64,000 nucleotides of DNA from contig OZ242011.1 in assembly GCA_965204755.1 (NCBI GenBank), positions 3,072,001 through 3,136,000 on the forward strand, in the 5' to 3' direction. The notes beneath the pieces were generated by a model. That model was given only the letters and a program-made list of their open reading frames with translations. It was not told the origin of the DNA and ran no database searches. Positions 59,027 to 64,000 of the stretch are shown in pieces. Source of the stretch: Candidatus Marinacidobacterium sp. Its GTDB lineage: Bacteria > Acidobacteriota > Vicinamibacteria > Marinacidobacterales > Marinacidobacteraceae. A program made the translations under genes and the position numbers. The first letter of the stretch is position 1, and each line of letters starts with the position of its first letter.

Positions 59027-60877
59027 CTACGCGCGCCGTCCGCGCCGGATCCAGACGGCGGCCGCGGCGAAGATCGCCGCCGCCGCCACCGTTCCCGCGT
59101 TCACCGCGCCCCGGCTGCCCCACCAGAGGATCGCGTAGCCGAGCGCGCCGGGGAGGAGCGCGTAGTAGCAGAACGGGAGCAGCGTGCGCCGGATGACCGG
59201 GCCCTCCCGGCCGACCATCCCGACGACCGCGGAGGCCGCGACCACATTGTGGACGCAGATCATGTTCCCGGCGGCGCCGCCGACCGCCTGCAGCGCGACC
59301 ACCCAGCCCGGGTCGAGCGAGAGCCGCTCGCCGACGCCGAACTGGAAGAGCGAGAACATCATGTTGCTCACCGTGTTGCTGCCGGCCACGAAGGCGCCCA
59401 GCCCGCCGATGAACGGGGCGAAGAACGGCCACGCCGACCCGGCCAGCCGGGCGGCGCCCTCGGCGAGCGCGATGGGCATCGAGGGCAGGCCGGCGGCGCC
59501 GTCCCCGGTGTTCAGGAAGACCTGCACCATCGGGACGGTGAACACGAGGGCCACCGAGGCCTTCGCGGTGCTGCCGAAGGACGCCGCCAGCGCCCGTCCG
59601 GCCCGCGCCGGCGCCATCCGGTGGAGGAGCGCGGCGAAGAGCGAGGCGGCGATGAAGACCGCTCCGGGGAGGTAGAGGGGCGCGGCGCTCGCGGAGATGC
59701 CGCTGCCGAAGATGTCCGGCCAGCGGACGACCGCCGAGGAGAGCGCCTCCTGGAGCGGGAGCGCCGGGAGCCGGGTGAGGAAGAGCAGGAGGCCGACGAC
59801 CGCGTAGGGCGCCCAGGCGGTGAAGGCGCCCATGCGGGGGCGTCCGGCGTCGTCCGGCGCGGGCGCGGGCGTCGGGTCGGGGGTCTTCTCGTCAGGAGTC
59901 TTCTCGTCGGGGGCCGGCTCGCCGGGCGGGTCGGTCGCTTTCGCCGCGCTCCAGTCGGCTTCCCAGGTCGAGCGCGGCGGGAATTCGAAGACTTCGTCGT
60001 CCTTGGGCATGAAGAGCCCGCGCTTCGCGGCGGTAACCGCGATCCCCAGCCCGACAAGGCCGCCGAGGAGCGCCGGGAACTCCGGCCCCAGGAAGACCGC
60101 GGTCAGCAGGTAGGGAACCGTCATGGCGAAGGCGGCGAAGAGCGCGAACTTCCATACCCGCAGCCCCTCCGCGAAACTCCGGCGCGCCCCGAAGAACCGG
60201 GTGAGCAGGGCGACCACCAGCAGCGGCACCAGCGTTCCCGCGACCGCGTGGAGCAGCGCCACCCGGACGCCGAGGAAGGCGAGGAAGTCCGTCCACTCGG
60301 CGAGACCGAGGCCGGCGGCGTACGCGGTGACCTGGTCCGCGCCGTCCAGGCCGGTGGACACCCCGACCAGGATGGGGGTGCCGGCCGACCCGAAGGACAC
60401 CGGCGTGCTCTGGATCAGCATCCCGGAGACCACCGCGGCGAGCGGCGGGAAGCCGAGCCCCACCAGGAGCGGGACGGTCACCGCCGCCGGCGTCCCGAAC
60501 CCGGCGGAGCCCTCGATGAACGCGCCGAAGAGCCAGGCGATCAGCAGGACCTGGATGCGGCGGTCCGGCGTGATGCCGGTGAACCCCCGGCGGATCACCG
60601 CCAGCGCCCCGCTCTCCTGGAGGGTATGGAGCAGCAGCAGCGCCCCGAAGATGATGTAGAGCAGCGTCCCGGCGACGACCAGCCCGTTGACCGAGGCGGC
60701 GGCGATCCGGATGCCGGGGATGTCCCAGACCGTCCAGGCGAGTCCGGCGGCGACGATCCAACTCAGCGGCATCGCCCGGGAGGCCGGCCAGCGCAGGACG
60801 ACCAGGAACAGCGCGACGACGGCGATCGGGGTGAGGGCGGCGAGCGCCGGGCCGAAGACTTCCACGGTTCGAATCAC
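59027..60877 (-). CDS. lctP: L-lactate permease
   Basis: [38 protein letters not shown]. Confidence 0.93.
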   Translation of the reverse strand: MIRTVEVFGPALAALTPIAVVALFLVVLRWPASRAMPLSWIVAAGLAWTVWDIPGIRIAAASVNGLVVAGTLLYIIFGALLLLHTLQESGALAVIRRGFTGITPDRRIQVLLIAWLFGAFIEGSAGFGTPAAVTVPLLVGLGFPPLAAVVSGMLIQSTPVSFGSAGTPILVGVSTGLDGADQVTAYAAGLGLAEWTDFLAFLGVRVALLHAVAGTLVPLLVVALLTRFFGARRSFAEGLRVWKFALFAAFAMTVPYLLTAVFLGPEFPALLGGLVGLGIAVTAAKRGLFMPKDDEVFEFPPRSTWEADWSAAKATDPPGEPAPDEKTPDEKTPDPTPAPAPDDAGRPRMGAFTAWAPYAVVGLLLFLTRLPALPLQEALSSAVVRWPDIFGSGISASAAPLYLPGAVFIAASLFAALLHRMAPARAGRALAASFGSTAKASVALVFTVPMVQVFLNTGDGAAGLPSMPIALAEGAARLAGSAWPFFAPFIGGLGAFVAGSNTVSNMMFSLFQFGVGERLSLDPGWVVALQAVGGAAGNMICVHNVVAASAVVGMVGREGPVIRRTLLPFCYYALLPGALGYAILWWGSRGAVNAGTVAAAAIFAAAAVWIRRGRRA

Positions 60878-60952
60878 CTCTCGGGGCCGGCCGGTCGGCG
60901 CGGTCTCTGGGGCGGCCGCCGGTCCGGGCGGCGACTGCTACGCTCCCGCGCC

Positions 60953-62251
60953 GTGCCGAGAGCCGCTTTCACTTCGCTGGGGTGCCGCCTCAACCACACC
61001 GAAGCGGCGGCCTGGGCGGGTCAGTTCGCCGACAAAGGCTACACGATCGTCCCCTGGGGCGAGCCGGCGGAAGTCGCGGTCATCAACACCTGTTCGGTGA
61101 CCCACCGGGCGGAGGCGCACTGCCGCAACATCGTGCGCCGGGCGCTCCGCGATTCGCCCGACGCGTTCGTCGTCGTCGCCGGCTGCTACGCCCAGTCCGA
61201 CTTCGAGGCGCTCCGGAAGATCCCCGGCGTGGACCTCATCGTCGGGACCGAATACAAGGACACCTTCGCGGACTACCTCGACCGGCCGAGGAAACTCCCC
61301 GACCCGGTGGTCCTCCACTCGGCGCGGATCTCGCGGGAAGAGTTCGAGGTGCCTTCCACCGGCAGGTACGACTCGACGCGCGCCAACCTGAAGGTGCAGG
61401 ACGGCTGCGACTTCTTCTGTTCCTTCTGCATCATTCCCTATACCCGGGGCCGGGAGCGCAGCCGGCGTTACGCCGACCTGATGCGGGAGGCGCGCGAGTT
61501 GGCCGACGGGGGGTATCGGGAACTCGTGCTCACCGGAGTGAACATCGGCCGCTACGAAAACGGCGGCAAGACGCTCGCCGATGTGGCGGACGGGCTCGAA
61601 GAAGTCCCCGGGGTGGACCGGATCCGCATCACCTCCATCGAACCGACCACGGTCGAGGAACGCCTGCTCCGGGGTATGGCCGGCGAAGGCAAACTCTGCC
61701 GATACCTCCACCTGCCGGTCCAGAGCGGGGACGACGGCGTGCTGTCCGGAATGGGCCGCCGTTACACCGCGGAGGAATATTGCGAGTTCGCCGAGCGCGC
61801 CGCGGCGTCCGTTCCCGGACTCGGCCTCGGCACCGATGTCATCGTGGGTTTCCCCGGCGAAACCGACGCCGCCTTCGACCGCACCCGCCGGGTCCTCGCC
61901 GGTTTGCCGTTCGCGTACTACCATGTGTTCAGTTACTCCCCCCGCGCCGGAACGAAGGCCGCGCAGTCTCCCGACCGCGTGCCCCCCGAAGTCATCGCGG
62001 AACGGAGCCGCGCGCTGCGCGAAGACTCCGACCGCCGCCGCCGCGAATTCGCCGCCTCCCACCTCGGCCGAACGGTGGAAGTCCTCTTCGAACAACGGGA
62101 CCGCGCCGGCCGCTGGACCGGCCTGACCGATTCCTACCTCCGCGTCGGCGTCCTCTCCCCCGAACCCCTGGAAAACCAACTCCGCCCCGTCCGCCTCGCC
62201 TCCGTCGCCCCCGACACCCCGGGCCTCGCCATCGGCGCCCTCGTCGCTTAG
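60953..62251 (+). CDS. mtaB: tRNA t6A37 methylthiotransferase
   Basis: LGCRLN, INTCSVT, GCYAQ, KVQDGCDFFCSFC, LTGVNIG, TRAM domain. Confidence 0.9.
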   Translation: MPRAAFTSLGCRLNHTEAAAWAGQFADKGYTIVPWGEPAEVAVINTCSVTHRAEAHCRNIVRRALRDSPDAFVVVAGCYAQSDFEALRKIPGVDLIVGTEYKDTFADYLDRPRKLPDPVVLHSARISREEFEVPSTGRYDSTRANLKVQDGCDFFCSFCIIPYTRGRERSRRYADLMREARELADGGYRELVLTGVNIGRYENGGKTLADVADGLEEVPGVDRIRITSIEPTTVEERLLRGMAGEGKLCRYLHLPVQSGDDGVLSGMGRRYTAEEYCEFAERAAASVPGLGLGTDVIVGFPGETDAAFDRTRRVLAGLPFAYYHVFSYSPRAGTKAAQSPDRVPPEVIAERSRALREDSDRRRREFAASHLGRTVEVLFEQRDRAGRWTGLTDSYLRVGVLSPEPLENQLRPVRLASVAPDTPGLAIGALVA

Positions 62252-62254
62252 GGC

Positions 62255-62973
62255 CTACCTGTCACCGGGGCTCAGCGGCCGCTGCGGTTCCTGTAGGGTT
62301 TTGCCGGCCGGGTCTCGTTTCGCGGAGAGCCCCGAGTTCGACAGTCCGAGCACGGTGGCGCACTGCTCGTCGTTGAGGTCGTACGGGTACCAGCCGTAAC
62401 TCGCGGCAGCCTCACAGAAGGCGACTTCTTCGGGATCGGCATCGCGAATCGCGGCCCATCCCTCGCGCAGGCAGTCGTCTCGTATTCCCGCCGCCTCGAG
62501 CCGGCGCAGGACGGCTTCGACGAGGCGGGCGCACTCCTGCCGAAACACCGGAAGATCCACCCGAACCTCTCCTTGCTCGAGGTACTTTGTGGGTGAGAAT
62601 CGCGGGCGTTCCGGGGTGGACCGGAACCACTGCAGCCGGAGGCGTTTCTCGGTCGGCATGATGATCAGGTCGGGAAACACGAAGCCGTCCCCGCCGCTCA
62701 CCAGCGAGTGGCGTTGCCGAAACTCGTGGCGCTCGGAATCCGTCGGACTTCGGGACTCTCCGCCGTAGAACCACCAGTTCTCCGTCAGCGACGCGGCCAG
62801 GGGATAGAGCGGTACATGTATCCGGTCACTGACGCTTCCGTCCGTGCGGTCGAGGAACCGCGTAACTGTGACGGCCCCGACTCGAACTTCCAGGGAAGCG
62901 AAGGTCGCCGCCAGTTCGGGCCCGCGACGCCGTCCCCGTCGAGCCAGTCGAATCGGAAACCGAAACTCGCCAC
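62255..62973 (-). pseudogene. Probably frameshifted hypothetical gene
   Basis: VASFGFRFDWLDGDGVAGP (GTG 62973) continues as ELAATFASLEVRVG only after a 1-nt shift near 62920. Confidence 0.55.
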
Positions 62974-63181
62974 GGCGGCTTCTCGAACTTCGCGGCCAAC
63001 GGCGCCGCGCAGCGGATGCCCCTCCCCGGCGTCGTGCCCGCTCTCGAACGGAACCTGCTTTCGCCGCGCGCGCATGAACGCCTGACTTCCTGCGCGTCAT
63101 CGTAGCCGCGCCGGGCAGCCGCGCCGGAGACCGCTCCGGGGCGGGGCCGGGCGGGGGTCGTCCGGCCCCGGAGGGGTCAGG

Positions 63182-64000
63182 TCAGGAGCAGCCGGAGGTG
63201 GCGCCGCAGTTGAGGCACTTGAAGCAGGTGCCGCTGCGCACCATGAGGGCGCCGCAGGTGAAGCAGGGAGGGGCGTCGGCGAAGACCGCGGCGGGTTCGA
63301 GGACCCGGCGGCTCGTCGCGCCGGCGAGCGCCCGGGGGCGGCTCGCGCCGTTCGCCGGGGCGGGCGGCGGGGCCGACGGGCCCTCGCGCGGCGGCCGGTC
63401 GTCTTCGTCCCCGGAAGACTCCGCGGCGCCGTCTTCGAGGAAGCGGAGGCCGAGCCAGCGGAAGATGTAGTCGGTGATCGAGTCCGCGTAGGGGATGTCC
63501 GGGTTCCCGGTGTAGCCGGAGGGCTCGAACCGGGTGTGGATGAACTTGTCCACCAGCACGCGGAGCGGCACGCCGCTCTGGAGGCTGTAGGAGACCGCGC
63601 GGGCGAAGGCGTCCATCAGCCCGGAGACGAAGGAACCCTCCTTCGCCATGCGCAGGAAGATCTCGCAGGGCGACCCGTCCGGGAGGAGGCCGACCGTGAG
63701 ATACCCCTTGTGACCCCCGATCTCGAACTTGTGGATCACCGCGTCCCGCTCGGCGGGGATGACCTCCCGGTCCGCCGAGAGCGAGTTCCCGGACCCGGCG
63801 GACGGGGCCTCGGCGGACGGGGTCTCGGCGTCGCCCCGGTTCAGCGGCTGGGAACGCTTGCTGCCGTCCCGGTAGATGGCCACCGCCTTGAGACCGAGTT
63901 TCCAGGCGGCGATGTAGGTCTCCTCGATGTCTTCGACGGTGCTGGCCTCCGGCAGGTTCACCGTCTTCGAGATCGCGCCGGACAGGAACGGCTGCACCGC
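63182..64000 (-). CDS. nrdJ: 3' end of class II (B12-dependent) ribonucleotide reductase
   Basis: [24 protein letters not shown] domain (RFEPSG), terminal [14 protein letters not shown]. Confidence 0.93.
   Translation of the reverse strand, partial: AVQPFLSGAISKTVNLPEASTVEDIEETYIAAWKLGLKAVAIYRDGSKRSQPLNRGDAETPSAEAPSAGSGNSLSADREVIPAERDAVIHKFEIGGHKGYLTVGLLPDGSPCEIFLRMAKEGSFVSGLMDAFARAVSYSLQSGVPLRVLVDKFIHTRFEPSGYTGNPDIPYADSITDYIFRWLGLRFLEDGAAESSGDEDDRPPREGPSAPPPAPANGASRPRALAGATSRRVLEPAAVFADAPPCFTCGALMVRSGTCFKCLNCGATSGCS

Overview
Very GC-rich bacterial chromosome segment. GWxTD, SpoIVB-S55 and sortilin-like genes suggest Acidobacteriota (inference). The core is housekeeping: hflX, rsgA, tRNA-Thr(CGT), tRNA-fMet, pheST, a split his pathway (hisZGDCBHA convergent with hisF-hisIE), cyoE, lctP, mtaB and the 3' end of nrdJ. 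Accessory, defence-like patches lie at about 15.3-28.5 kb and 33.5-37.4 kb. Best candidate for a new system: a stand-alone PBECR2-like (BECR-fold) nuclease gene (15270-15860) followed directly by four ~116-nt structured repeats, with a fifth at 20297. The repeats share a covarying pseudoknotted fold, and each of the four clustered copies has an antisense -10 box at near-fixed spacing, suggesting a nuclease plus RNA-antitoxin array. Also notable: 13 phased DnaA-box-like repeats at 47130-47630, a PHP-ATPase plus Schlafen/AlbA_2 operon, tandem ABC-ATPase/TOPRIM modules, an orphan DUF1156 methyltransferase, and a cyoE lacking a canonical start codon. All family calls come from motif recognition by eye; no database search was run.
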